From positions 18,923 to 82,922 of the forward strand of contig SVTG01000004.1 in assembly GCA_015063895.1 (NCBI GenBank): a DNA stretch of 64,000 nucleotides. Direction: 5' to 3'. Source of the DNA: Oscillospiraceae bacterium. GTDB taxonomy: Bacteria > Bacillota > Clostridia > Oscillospirales > CAG-272. Positions 55,128 to 63,459 of this stretch are shown here, one piece after another. Both the position numbers and the translations under genes were made by a program. The notes below the pieces were generated by a model. That model was not told the origin of the DNA, searched no databases, and saw nothing but the letters and a program-made list of their open reading frames with translations. Within the stretch, counting starts at the first letter, position 1, and every line of letters starts with the position of its first letter.

Positions 55128-55154
55128 AATTCTAAAGATAGGAGAACATATATC

Positions 55155-56423
55155 ATGGGCATTATCAAGGCCACACTTTCCGCCATTGGCGGCGGCCTGG
55201 CAGACAGCTGGCTTGAGGTCATCGAGGCCGGTGAAATGAGCGATACCACCGTCTTTACCAAGGGCGTAAAGGTACGCAAAAACGACAAACGCAGCGCCAA
55301 CAAGCGCGGCACCGAGGACACCATCTCAAACGGCTCTGTCATTCACGTATACGACAATCAATTCATGCTGCTGGTAGACGGCGGAAAGGTGGTGGATTTT
55401 ACCGCCGAGCCCGGCTACTACAAGGTGGATAACAGCGCGATGCCCTCTTTATTTGCAGGGCAGTTCGGTAAGGCAATTTTAGAGAGCTTCAGCCGCATCA
55501 AGTTCGGCGGCACCCCCTCCTCGGCGCAGCGCGCCTACTTTATCAATCTGCAGGAGATCAAGGGCATTAAATTCGGTACCCGTACCCCTGTGAATTACTT
55601 TGACAGCTTCTATAATTCCGAGCTTTTTCTGCGCGCCTTCGGCACCTATTCCATCAAGATCACCGATCCGCTGAAATTTTACGCACAGGCTGTTGCACGC
55701 AATGCAACGCACGTTGACATCAGCGATATCAACGAGCAGTACTTAGACGAATTTTTAGAGGCGCTGACCGCAGCCATCAATGCCATGTCCGCTGACGGTA
55801 TCCGTATTTCCTACGTAGCCTCGAAATCCCGCGAGCTGTCTGATTATATGTCACGCGAGCTTGACGCCAAGTGGCACGCATTGCGCGGCATGGAGGTGCT
55901 TTCTGTCGGTCTTGCCAGCGTTTCCTACGACGAGGAATCCAAAAAGCTGATCAACATGCGCAACCAGGGCGCGATGCTGAGCGACGCCGCCGTGCGAGAG
56001 GGCTACGTGCAGGGCGCGATGGCCCGCGGCTTTGAAAACGCAGGCAGCAATCCCGCAGGCGGTGCCACCGCCTTTATGGGCATGGGCATGGGCATGGGCG
56101 CAGCCGGCGGCTTCGGTGCCTTTTCCGAGACCAACCGTGCCGCCATGGAGCGCGATGCGGCAGCACGTGCCGCCACCGCCAAGAAGGAGGGCTGGACCTG
56201 CCCCAAGTGCGGCGCGGTAAATACAGGCAAATTCTGCTCTGAATGCGGCGAAAAACAGCCGAGCAGCGGTTGGATATGCCCCAAGTGCGGCGCAACGAAT
56301 GCCGGCAAATTCTGCTCTGAATGCGGTGAGCGTGCCCCTGCCTCCGACAAATGGTTCTGCCCCGACTGCGGCACCGAAAACAGCGGCAAATTCTGCCAGA
56401 ACTGCGGCAAAAAGAAGGACTGA
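55155..56423 (+). CDS. SPFH/Band-7 (YdjI-like, virion-core-protein-like) protein with three C-terminal zinc ribbons
   Basis: N-terminus MGIIKATLSAIGGGLADSWLEVIE... and a core typical of YdjI-type SPFH proteins. A Gly/Met-rich linker follows, then three copies of W.CP.CG..N.GKFC..CG (56187-56420). Confidence 0.75.
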   Translation: MGIIKATLSAIGGGLADSWLEVIEAGEMSDTTVFTKGVKVRKNDKRSANKRGTEDTISNGSVIHVYDNQFMLLVDGGKVVDFTAEPGYYKVDNSAMPSLFAGQFGKAILESFSRIKFGGTPSSAQRAYFINLQEIKGIKFGTRTPVNYFDSFYNSELFLRAFGTYSIKITDPLKFYAQAVARNATHVDISDINEQYLDEFLEALTAAINAMSADGIRISYVASKSRELSDYMSRELDAKWHALRGMEVLSVGLASVSYDEESKKLINMRNQGAMLSDAAVREGYVQGAMARGFENAGSNPAGGATAFMGMGMGMGAAGGFGAFSETNRAAMERDAAARAATAKKEGWTCPKCGAVNTGKFCSECGEKQPSSGWICPKCGATNAGKFCSECGERAPASDKWFCPDCGTENSGKFCQNCGKKKD

Positions 56424-56426
56424 TCT

Positions 56427-57518
56427 ATGAACGATACCGCCCTTACATATCATTGCCCGAACTGTGCGGCGGGCCTTTCCTTCAACCCCGAAAAGGGCAA
56501 GCTCTGCTGTGAATACTGCTTGTCGGAATTCACCGACCAGGAATTGGCACAGGCAGCAAGTCAGCGGGAGGCGGAGGACGCGGCCTCGGCCGCCGCCGAG
56601 CGAGCAGCCGAGGAGAGCGAGGTGCCGAACGAGGCGTTTTGCGCACAGCTGAACACCTATGCCTGCAACGCCTGCGGTGCCGAGATCATGGCTGACGACA
56701 GCACCGCCGCCACCGTCTGCCCCTACTGCCACAATCCCGTTTTACTGACAGGGCGTCTTACGGGTCAAATGCAGCCGCACAAGGTGATCCCCTTTGCGAT
56801 CGACAAGGAGGAAGCGAAAAAGCGCTTTCTTGACTTTGCGGGCAAAAAATGGTTCGTGCCGCGCTCCTTTATTTCAGAAGCGCAGATCGACAAGATGCAG
56901 GGCATCTACTATCCCTTCTGGGTGACCGATGCCGACGCGGGCGCCTCCATGTCCGCACGCGCCACACGTGTGCGCACCTGGTACTCGGGTGATTACCGCT
57001 ATACCGAGACCTCCAAATTTCACATTTACCGTGCAGGCGAGATCCATTTTGAGGATATTGTGACACCCGCCATCACCGAGGAGGACCGCGAAATGTTAGA
57101 TGGGATCCTCCCCTATCCCAGCGACTCGCTACAGCCCTTTTCCATGCCTTATTTATCGGGATTTGTTGCCAAAAAGCGCGACATTGAAAAGGAGAGTGTG
57201 CGCGAAGCGGTGCGCACGCGTATGCATCAATACGCCGCAACGCTCCTGCAAAACACCATTGGTCCCTACACATCCGTGACGCCCTCGGCGCCGCGCCTGC
57301 TGACACGCGCGATACACTGGGACTATACCCTGATGCCGATCTGGCTTTTGACCTATCACCATCGCGGCAAGACCTACACCTACGCCCTCAACGGCTATAC
57401 GGGCAAGGTCTTTGGCCGCCTGCCCGTTTGCCCCAAGCGCCTTTCACTCTTAGGTATCATCACGGGCCTGGCTGCAGGCGTAGCTGCGGCCCTCATCAAG
57501 CTTTTCTTGTTTGGTTAA
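56427..57518 (+). CDS. Zinc-ribbon protein with a C-terminal TM anchor (YdjG-like)
   Basis: CPNCAAGL...CCEYC and CNACGAEI...CPYCHNPV ribbons, with a C-terminal TM segment LLGIITGLAAGVAAALIKLFLF. It starts 4 nt after the SPFH stop. Confidence 0.55.
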   Translation: MNDTALTYHCPNCAAGLSFNPEKGKLCCEYCLSEFTDQELAQAASQREAEDAASAAAERAAEESEVPNEAFCAQLNTYACNACGAEIMADDSTAATVCPYCHNPVLLTGRLTGQMQPHKVIPFAIDKEEAKKRFLDFAGKKWFVPRSFISEAQIDKMQGIYYPFWVTDADAGASMSARATRVRTWYSGDYRYTETSKFHIYRAGEIHFEDIVTPAITEEDREMLDGILPYPSDSLQPFSMPYLSGFVAKKRDIEKESVREAVRTRMHQYAATLLQNTIGPYTSVTPSAPRLLTRAIHWDYTLMPIWLLTYHHRGKTYTYALNGYTGKVFGRLPVCPKRLSLLGIITGLAAGVAAALIKLFLFG

Positions 57519-57531
57519 AGGGGGGACGGGT

Positions 57532-58287
57532 ATGAAAAAAGCACTGTTTTTTATTCTCATCGCCACTCTTTTTGCCCTGCTGACGCTTTCCGCCTCGGCC
57601 TTCACGGTAGAGATCAAGGACGAGGTCGGGTTGCTTGATTTCGAGGCAATGGCGATCGACCGTGACGCCGCGACCGAGGAAAAGCTGAAGGGCACCCGCT
57701 TTGGCGTGTTCACAGCCGTTTCCCTATACCGCGACGATTATCCCTCCGACTCACGGGTAGCAAGCAGGTTTGGGCTCAGCGAGCACGAAAGCGCGGTCAT
57801 TTTAGTGTTGCGCTTATATGAAGGCACGTACTACTACGATATCTATTTATACGGCGATGCCGACGATATTTTCCGCGACAGCGACGTCGACCGCGTTTTG
57901 GACGACACAAGCGTATACCAGAACCTGAAGGGCGCCCGTTTTGAGGCGGGCATGAGGAGCTTTTTCTCACTTTCGGCCGACGTGCTGCAGGATCATTACG
58001 AAAAGCTTGCCGCACGTAAAGCACGCGCACCGCTGGTGGCCGTGATCGCAGGTCTGATCGCTGCTGCCGTGGTTGGCAGCGGCAGTGCTCTCGGTGTCTT
58101 CCTGTACTATCGCAAAAAGCGCCACGGCGAAACCTATCCCTTAGACCGCTATGCACGCTTACAGCTGACCGCACGCGAGGACCGCTTTGTCGGCAGCTTT
58201 GTCACACGCACACGCATTCAACGAAACAACGGCAGCCGCAGTGGCGGTGGCCGTAGTGGCGGTGGTGGCAGACGCGGCGGGCGCTGA
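57532..58287 (+). CDS. Secreted/TM TPM-like domain protein with a Gly/Arg tail (YdjH-like)
   Basis: Signal peptide MKKALFFILIATLFALLTLSASA, a TPM-like body, one TM segment (LVAVIAGLIAAAVVGSGSALGVFLYY) and the tail SGGGRSGGGGRRGGR. The ATG at 57532 follows AAAGGGGGGA. Confidence 0.5.
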   Translation: MKKALFFILIATLFALLTLSASAFTVEIKDEVGLLDFEAMAIDRDAATEEKLKGTRFGVFTAVSLYRDDYPSDSRVASRFGLSEHESAVILVLRLYEGTYYYDIYLYGDADDIFRDSDVDRVLDDTSVYQNLKGARFEAGMRSFFSLSADVLQDHYEKLAARKARAPLVAVIAGLIAAAVVGSGSALGVFLYYRKKRHGETYPLDRYARLQLTAREDRFVGSFVTRTRIQRNNGSRSGGGRSGGGGRRGGR

Positions 58288-58310
58288 CACAGCTAAAATG
58301 CATCAAAAAA

Positions 58311-58353
58311 GCACCCCGTTGGCACACTAAGTGCCAGCGGGGTGCCCTTTTTT
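58311..58353. terminator. Bidirectional terminator (SPFH operon / kdgK)
   Basis: 15-bp stem GCACCCCGTTGGCAC / GTGCCAGCGGGGTGC (one G-U pair), 5-nt loop, A6 before and T6 after. Confidence 0.85.
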
Positions 58354-58358
58354 AAAAA

Positions 58359-59381
58359 TTATCTCTGCACGCGGCCCGAGCCGTCGCCGCCTGCCAGCTT
58401 TTCAACCTCAGCCACGCTCACGCGGTTATAGTCGCCCTCCACACTGTGCTTGAGTGCAGAGGCTGCCACTGCAAATTCGATAGCCTCCTTAGCGGACTTG
58501 CCCGACAGCAGCGCGTAGATCAGACCGCCGCCAAAGCTGTCACCGCCGCCCACGCGGTCAACAATGTGCAGATGATAGCTCTTGGAGAAGTAATACTCCT
58601 CACCGTCAAAGAGCATGCCCGCCCAGTCGTTGTCGCTGGCAGAGATCGAGGTGCGCAGGGTAATGGCCACCTTCTCAAAGCCAAACTTATCGGCCAGCTG
58701 CTTGGCAACCGACTTATAGCCCTCGTGATTCAGCTTACCGCCGTAAATATCGGTGTTCTCCGCCTCAATGCCGAACACGTCCTTGGCGTCCTCCTCGTTG
58801 GAAATGCAAACGTCAACGTATTGGCAGAGCTCAGTCATCGCGGCACGTGCCTCGGCACGTGTCCAAAGCTTGCCGCGGTAATTGAGATCGCAGGAGATCT
58901 TCACGCCGCGTGCCTTAGCAGCCATACAGGCCTGCTTGCAGATCTCCACCAAATTAGCGCCCAGTGCGGGCGTGATTCCCGTAAAGTGGAACCAATCGGC
59001 CCCTGCAAAGATCTCGTCCCAGTTAAAGTCGGCAGGGCTTGCCTCCTGAATGGCGGAATGCGCACGGTCGTAAATGCAGACCGAGCCACGCTGTGAAGCG
59101 CCCTTTTCAAGATAGTAAATGCCCACACGGTCACCGCCGCGCACGATCTTGGAGGTATCCACACCGAAATAGCGCAGCGAATTGACAGCCCCCTCGCCGA
59201 TGGCGTGCTTTGGAAGCTTGGTCACGTACACGCTATCAAGCCCGTAGTTGGCAAGCGATACGGCCACGTTGGCCTCGCCGCCGCCGAAGGTGGCCTGCAT
59301 CTGATCATTCTGGAAAAAGCGGTAATAGCCGTTCGGGGCCAATCTTAACATCAATTCACCAAAGGTAACAACGCGTTTCAT
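58359..59381 (-). CDS. kdgK: 2-dehydro-3-deoxygluconokinase (PfkB family)
   Basis: 340 aa with FGGGEANVAVSL and VDRVGGGDSFGGGLIY motifs; overlaps eda. Confidence 0.85.
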   Translation of the reverse strand: MKRVVTFGELMLRLAPNGYYRFFQNDQMQATFGGGEANVAVSLANYGLDSVYVTKLPKHAIGEGAVNSLRYFGVDTSKIVRGGDRVGIYYLEKGASQRGSVCIYDRAHSAIQEASPADFNWDEIFAGADWFHFTGITPALGANLVEICKQACMAAKARGVKISCDLNYRGKLWTRAEARAAMTELCQYVDVCISNEEDAKDVFGIEAENTDIYGGKLNHEGYKSVAKQLADKFGFEKVAITLRTSISASDNDWAGMLFDGEEYYFSKSYHLHIVDRVGGGDSFGGGLIYALLSGKSAKEAIEFAVAASALKHSVEGDYNRVSVAEVEKLAGGDGSGRVQR

Positions 59382-59935
59382 TTCTTTTCCTCCATTTTTG
59401 CAAGTGCTTCCTTGACAAAAAAGCTACCGCCGATGGCGGCCACCTTGTCAAAGGCCAAAAACTCATCGATATTGCTGCGGTCAACACCGCCGGTCGGGAT
59501 AAATCTTACCTGCGGGAAGGGCGCGGAAAGCGCCTTGAGTGCCGACAGGCCGCCGTAAATGTTAGCAGGGAAAAATTTCACCGTGGTAATGCCGAGCTCC
59601 AGCGCCTGCATGATCTCGGTAGGCGTCACGCACCCCGGGTAATAGGGCACACCGGCCTTGCGGCACACCTCGGCAACGCCAAGAGAAAGGCCGGGAGATA
59701 CGATAAAGGTAGCCCCTGCCTCAAGAGCAGCCTGGCATTGCGCGGCATTGATCACAGTACCCGCACCGATCTCCATGTCGGGGTAATTTTTCACAGCATA
59801 CGCGATCGCCTCAGCGGCGCAGGACGTACGGAAGGTGATCTCAGCACACATAATACCGCTGCTTTTCAGCGCGGTTAAAATTTTATCGGTTTCCGCGAGC
59901 TCTTTAATAACGACAACAGGTATAAACTTTTCCAT
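59378..59935 (-). CDS. eda: KDPG / 4-hydroxy-2-oxoglutarate aldolase
   Basis: EITFRT, GAGTV, FVSPG and VKFFPA motifs. The start was taken at ATG 59935, 6 nt after GGAGG. Confidence 0.85.
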   Translation of the reverse strand: MEKFIPVVVIKELAETDKILTALKSSGIMCAEITFRTSCAAEAIAYAVKNYPDMEIGAGTVINAAQCQAALEAGATFIVSPGLSLGVAEVCRKAGVPYYPGCVTPTEIMQALELGITTVKFFPANIYGGLSALKALSAPFPQVRFIPTGGVDRSNIDEFLAFDKVAAIGGSFFVKEALAKMEEKK

Positions 59936-59966
59936 GTTTGCCTCCATTGGTCAAAGATTTAATCTC

Positions 59967-59995
59967 ATTGTAGCACATATTTGTTCGGTTGGCAA
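59967..59995 (-). promoter_or_regulatory. eda-kdgK promoter
   Basis: Minus strand TTGCCA (59990-59995), 17 nt, TGcTACAAT (-10 at 59967-59972). Confidence 0.6.
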
Positions 59996-60086
59996 GTAAA
60001 ATCTTGCCGTTTTTCATATTCGCTTACACTTTTTCCCGACTTGCCACCCTCTCGCCACAAAAGACGCTTTGTGATATATGTGCTAC
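59970..60086. repeat. 11-bp perfect inverted repeat pair in the eda / LRR-lipoprotein divergent region
   Basis: GTAGCACATAT (59970-59980) and ATATGTGCTAC (60076-60086). The left copy overlaps the eda -10/spacer. Confidence 0.8.
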
Positions 60087-60201
60087 CGCCCATACATTTT
60101 TTGGCAAATTTCACTATTGCCAAATACATTGTGATATGTTAAAATAAATCAGACCTTGACATTGCGATAATAAATTACGGATATACACGAGGAAAAAAAT
60201 T

Positions 60202-62523
60202 ATGAAGCGACTGTTATCCCTTTTACTCATGCTCTGCCTTTTGGTGCCCTGCCTGGTGCTCACCGCCTGCGGCCCTGACAAGGAGCCCGGTGACGGCGAG
60301 GGAGGTAGCACACCCTCCACCGAGGATAAGGACACTCCCGCACTCAGGTTCATTCTGCTTGAAGACGACACCTACAGTGTATCCAAGGGCGGGCTCGGCT
60401 ATGCTCGCGAGATCGTCATTCCCGCCACGTACAACGGTAAACCCGTCACGAGGATCGCAGCAAACGGCTTTTCCGGTGCGGGCTTTGAAAAGATCACGAT
60501 CCCCGAAAGCATTCAGGTCATCGGGGCCGGTGCATTCACCGGCTGTGCCGATTTCAAGGAGATCACCTTGCCTCAAGGCATTACCGAGATCGGTGATGAC
60601 ACCTTCAACGGCTGCGTTTACCTTGAAGAGATCCATATTCCCGCAGGCGTTACACGCATCGGCAACGCCGCCTTTATGGGCTGCACAAGCCTGACGAGCG
60701 TGACGGTTCCCGAGGGCGTGACTGAGATCGGCGCGCAAGCCTTCTGGGGCTGCGTGAACATCACCTCCTTTTCTCTGCCGAATACGCTGAAAACCGTTGG
60801 CAACATGGCCTTTGCCATCATTGGGGAGGAAACGCTTGAAAAACCGCACGGCCTTCAATACAACAGCCTTGACGGCAACAAGTACCTCGGTAACGCACAA
60901 AACCCCCGCCTGGTGCTCGTAGAGCTCGGCGACAAGAGTGTGACCGAATACGCCATTCCCACCGACACACGCATCATTTACAGCTACGCGCTTGCCTGGT
61001 CCTCCATAGCCAGTATTTCCATGCATGCTGACGTAACCGGCATTTCCGCTTACGCATTTCTTGAGTGCACGGCGCTCACCGCCGTTCATATCCCCGACAA
61101 GGTGAGCGTTGTGGGTGAGCGCGCCTTCTACGGCTGCCGAAGCCTGAAGCGGGTCACAGGCATGAACTTTATCGAGGAGATCGGCAACTACGCATTTTTG
61201 GGCTGCTCCACCGCCTCAAATTCCTTTGAGATCAATATCGGCAGCACGCTGAAGTCAATTGGCAGAAACGTATTTCCCAGCGAAAACGCGCTCAAGTGCA
61301 CCACCGATAAAAACGTTTCTTACATCGGCAACACGCAAAACCCCTATTTGATCGCCGTTCGTGCCGAGAAGAAATCCAGCACCAACAACTACACCATCAA
61401 CGCCAACACCAAGATCATTTACGAGAGCTCCTTTGACAATTGCGATCTCATTACGGAGATCCTTATTCCCGAGGGCGTCTTCCTGATCGCCTACGATGCC
61501 TTCTACCACTGCGACAACTTAAGCTACGTATCCCTGCCGAAATCGCTTGAGATCATTATGCAGGATGCCTTCCACACCTGCAAGCGCCTGCCCTCTATCG
61601 TAATTCCCGAAAACGTGGTCTACATCGGCGACGGCGCATTTAAAGGCTGCTCAAGCATGGCTAAGATCACCCTTCCCTTCGTAGGCTGCACCCCCAACGG
61701 CGGCGGCAATGCACTGTTTGGCTCTATTTTTGGTGCACAAAACGTAGGCCAGCAGGTTTCGCGCGTGCCCACAGCACTGCGCACCGTCATCGTCACGGGC
61801 GGTACCACAATCGGCAACGCCGCCTTCAGCGACTGTGAATACATTGAAAGCATCACGCTTCCCGCCTCTTTGAAGCACATTGGCGAGGGCGCCTTCTTCT
61901 TTACCAAAAAGCTCTCCGAGGTTTATATCAACGACCTCTCGGCCTGGTGCAACGTCACGATAGCAGGCGCCTCAGCCTCGCCCTTCACCTACGCGCAAAC
62001 GCTTTACGTGAACGACAAACGCATAGCCGAGCTGCAGATCCCCGACGGTGTGACCGCCATCAGCACCTTCGCCTTTATGAACGTGCAAAACATTACCAAG
62101 GTCAAGATTCCCGACTCGGTGACGGTCCTGGGTGACGACTGCTTTAAAAACTGCCAGAATCTCACTACCGTACAATTCGGCACGGGTGTGACCGAGATCA
62201 AGAGCTCCGCGTTTGAAAACTGCGCCAAGCTCACCGATCTCACGCTCCCTGAAAATCTGGAAATACTGGAGAGCTCCAGCCTGCGTGGCTGCACGAGCCT
62301 GACCGAGATCGTCCTACCTAAATCGTTGCGCTTTATCGGCGACCACGCCTTCAAGAGCTGCGATGCACTGGAAAAGGTCACCTTTGAAGGCAAGACCGGC
62401 TGGAACGTGGTCACCTCGCGCACCGAAACCAAGGGAGAAAAGCTCTTCTTGCTTATGAAGGGTAAAAACGCCACGTATCTGGTTGAGGATTACACCGACT
62501 GCTACTGGGTGCGCAACAAGTAA
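60202..62523 (+). CDS. Surface lipoprotein with BspA-type leucine-rich repeats
   Basis: Lipobox LVLTAC. There are more than 20 repeats of the ~23-aa pattern IP.gVt.IG..AF.gC..L..i.lP (LRR_5 type). Confidence 0.8.
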   Translation: MKRLLSLLLMLCLLVPCLVLTACGPDKEPGDGEGGSTPSTEDKDTPALRFILLEDDTYSVSKGGLGYAREIVIPATYNGKPVTRIAANGFSGAGFEKITIPESIQVIGAGAFTGCADFKEITLPQGITEIGDDTFNGCVYLEEIHIPAGVTRIGNAAFMGCTSLTSVTVPEGVTEIGAQAFWGCVNITSFSLPNTLKTVGNMAFAIIGEETLEKPHGLQYNSLDGNKYLGNAQNPRLVLVELGDKSVTEYAIPTDTRIIYSYALAWSSIASISMHADVTGISAYAFLECTALTAVHIPDKVSVVGERAFYGCRSLKRVTGMNFIEEIGNYAFLGCSTASNSFEINIGSTLKSIGRNVFPSENALKCTTDKNVSYIGNTQNPYLIAVRAEKKSSTNNYTINANTKIIYESSFDNCDLITEILIPEGVFLIAYDAFYHCDNLSYVSLPKSLEIIMQDAFHTCKRLPSIVIPENVVYIGDGAFKGCSSMAKITLPFVGCTPNGGGNALFGSIFGAQNVGQQVSRVPTALRTVIVTGGTTIGNAAFSDCEYIESITLPASLKHIGEGAFFFTKKLSEVYINDLSAWCNVTIAGASASPFTYAQTLYVNDKRIAELQIPDGVTAISTFAFMNVQNITKVKIPDSVTVLGDDCFKNCQNLTTVQFGTGVTEIKSSAFENCAKLTDLTLPENLEILESSSLRGCTSLTEIVLPKSLRFIGDHAFKSCDALEKVTFEGKTGWNVVTSRTETKGEKLFLLMKGKNATYLVEDYTDCYWVRNK

Positions 62524-62550
62524 ATATCAGATCCGTAACGGGCATTTCAA

Positions 62551-62580
62551 GCGCCTGCGCGCCACGCGCAGGCGCTTTTT
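62551..62580 (+). terminator. Terminator of the LRR gene
   Basis: GCGCCTGCGCG / CGCGCAGGCGC 11-bp stem, 3-nt loop, T5. Confidence 0.85.
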
Positions 62581-62626
62581 GCATTTTCATGTGTCATATT
62601 TTATAAATATTATGCCTATTTATATA

Positions 62627-62655
62627 TTGCACTCAAAAAAAATGTGTGCTATAAT
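62627..62655 (+). promoter_or_regulatory. nagB promoter
   Basis: TTGCAC (62627-62632), 17 nt, TGcTATAAT (-10 at 62650-62655). Confidence 0.7.
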
Positions 62656-62704
62656 GAAGGAGAATACGGCATTGCCGCAATTATCACAAACGGAGGAACA
62701 TATC

Positions 62705-63424
62705 ATGAATATTATTGTTTGCAAAAGCTACGACGAAATGTCCCAGCGCGCCGCACAAATGGTGGCAGCACAGATCAAGAGCAAGCCCAGCAGCGTGATC
62801 GGTCTTGCGACCGGCTCTACGCCCGAGGGCCTTTACGCACAGTTAGTAGAGATGTGCAAGAACGGCGAGCTCAGCTTCAAGGACGTAACCACCGTTAACC
62901 TTGACGAGTACTACCCCATCAACCCCACCAACGACCAGAGCTACCGCTACTTCATGAACTATCACCTCTTTGATCATCTGGATATCGACAAGGCGAACAC
63001 CAACGTGCCCGACGGCACCGCTGCCGACCCCGTAGCCGAGGCACACCGCTATGAGCAGAAGATCACCGACCTCGGCGGCATTGATCTGCAGATCCTCGGC
63101 ATTGGCCGCAACGGTCACATCGGCTTTAACGAGCCCGATCAGAAGCTGATGCTTGACACACACGTGACCGACCTTACCCCCGACACCATCGATGCAAACT
63201 CCCGCTTCTTTGCCAGCGCAAACGACGTACCCCGTCAGGCACTTACCATGGGTATGGGCTCGATCTTCAAGGCAAAGAGCATCATTATCATGGCAACCGG
63301 CGCCAACAAGAAGAAGGCTGTTTCCGCCATGCTTGAGCGCACGGTAGACACCAGCTTCCCCGCTACCATGCTCAACTTCCACCCGAACGTTACGCTTATC
63401 TGCACTGCTGACGTTCTGGAGTAA
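62705..63424 (+). CDS. nagB: Glucosamine-6-phosphate deaminase
   Basis: MNIIVCKSYDEMSQ..., GLATGSTP and GIGRNGHIGFNEP motifs. The start was moved to ATG 62705 after GGAGG. Confidence 0.9.
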   Translation: MNIIVCKSYDEMSQRAAQMVAAQIKSKPSSVIGLATGSTPEGLYAQLVEMCKNGELSFKDVTTVNLDEYYPINPTNDQSYRYFMNYHLFDHLDIDKANTNVPDGTAADPVAEAHRYEQKITDLGGIDLQILGIGRNGHIGFNEPDQKLMLDTHVTDLTPDTIDANSRFFASANDVPRQALTMGMGSIFKAKSIIIMATGANKKKAVSAMLERTVDTSFPATMLNFHPNVTLICTADVLE

Positions 63425-63459
63425 GCCCATTCAAAATCTGAAGGATAAGGAATTTTAAA

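Noticed and set aside
54889-55128. 79-aa ORF inside the GC-rich leader
   Set aside because: It has no RBS, an implausible Pro/Gly/Arg-rich product, and it terminates within the terminator stem. The region is better explained as RNA.
55851-56732. 293-aa ORF antisense to the SPFH and zinc-ribbon genes
   Set aside because: It crosses a sense-strand gene boundary and is Ala/Gly-rich low-complexity sequence.
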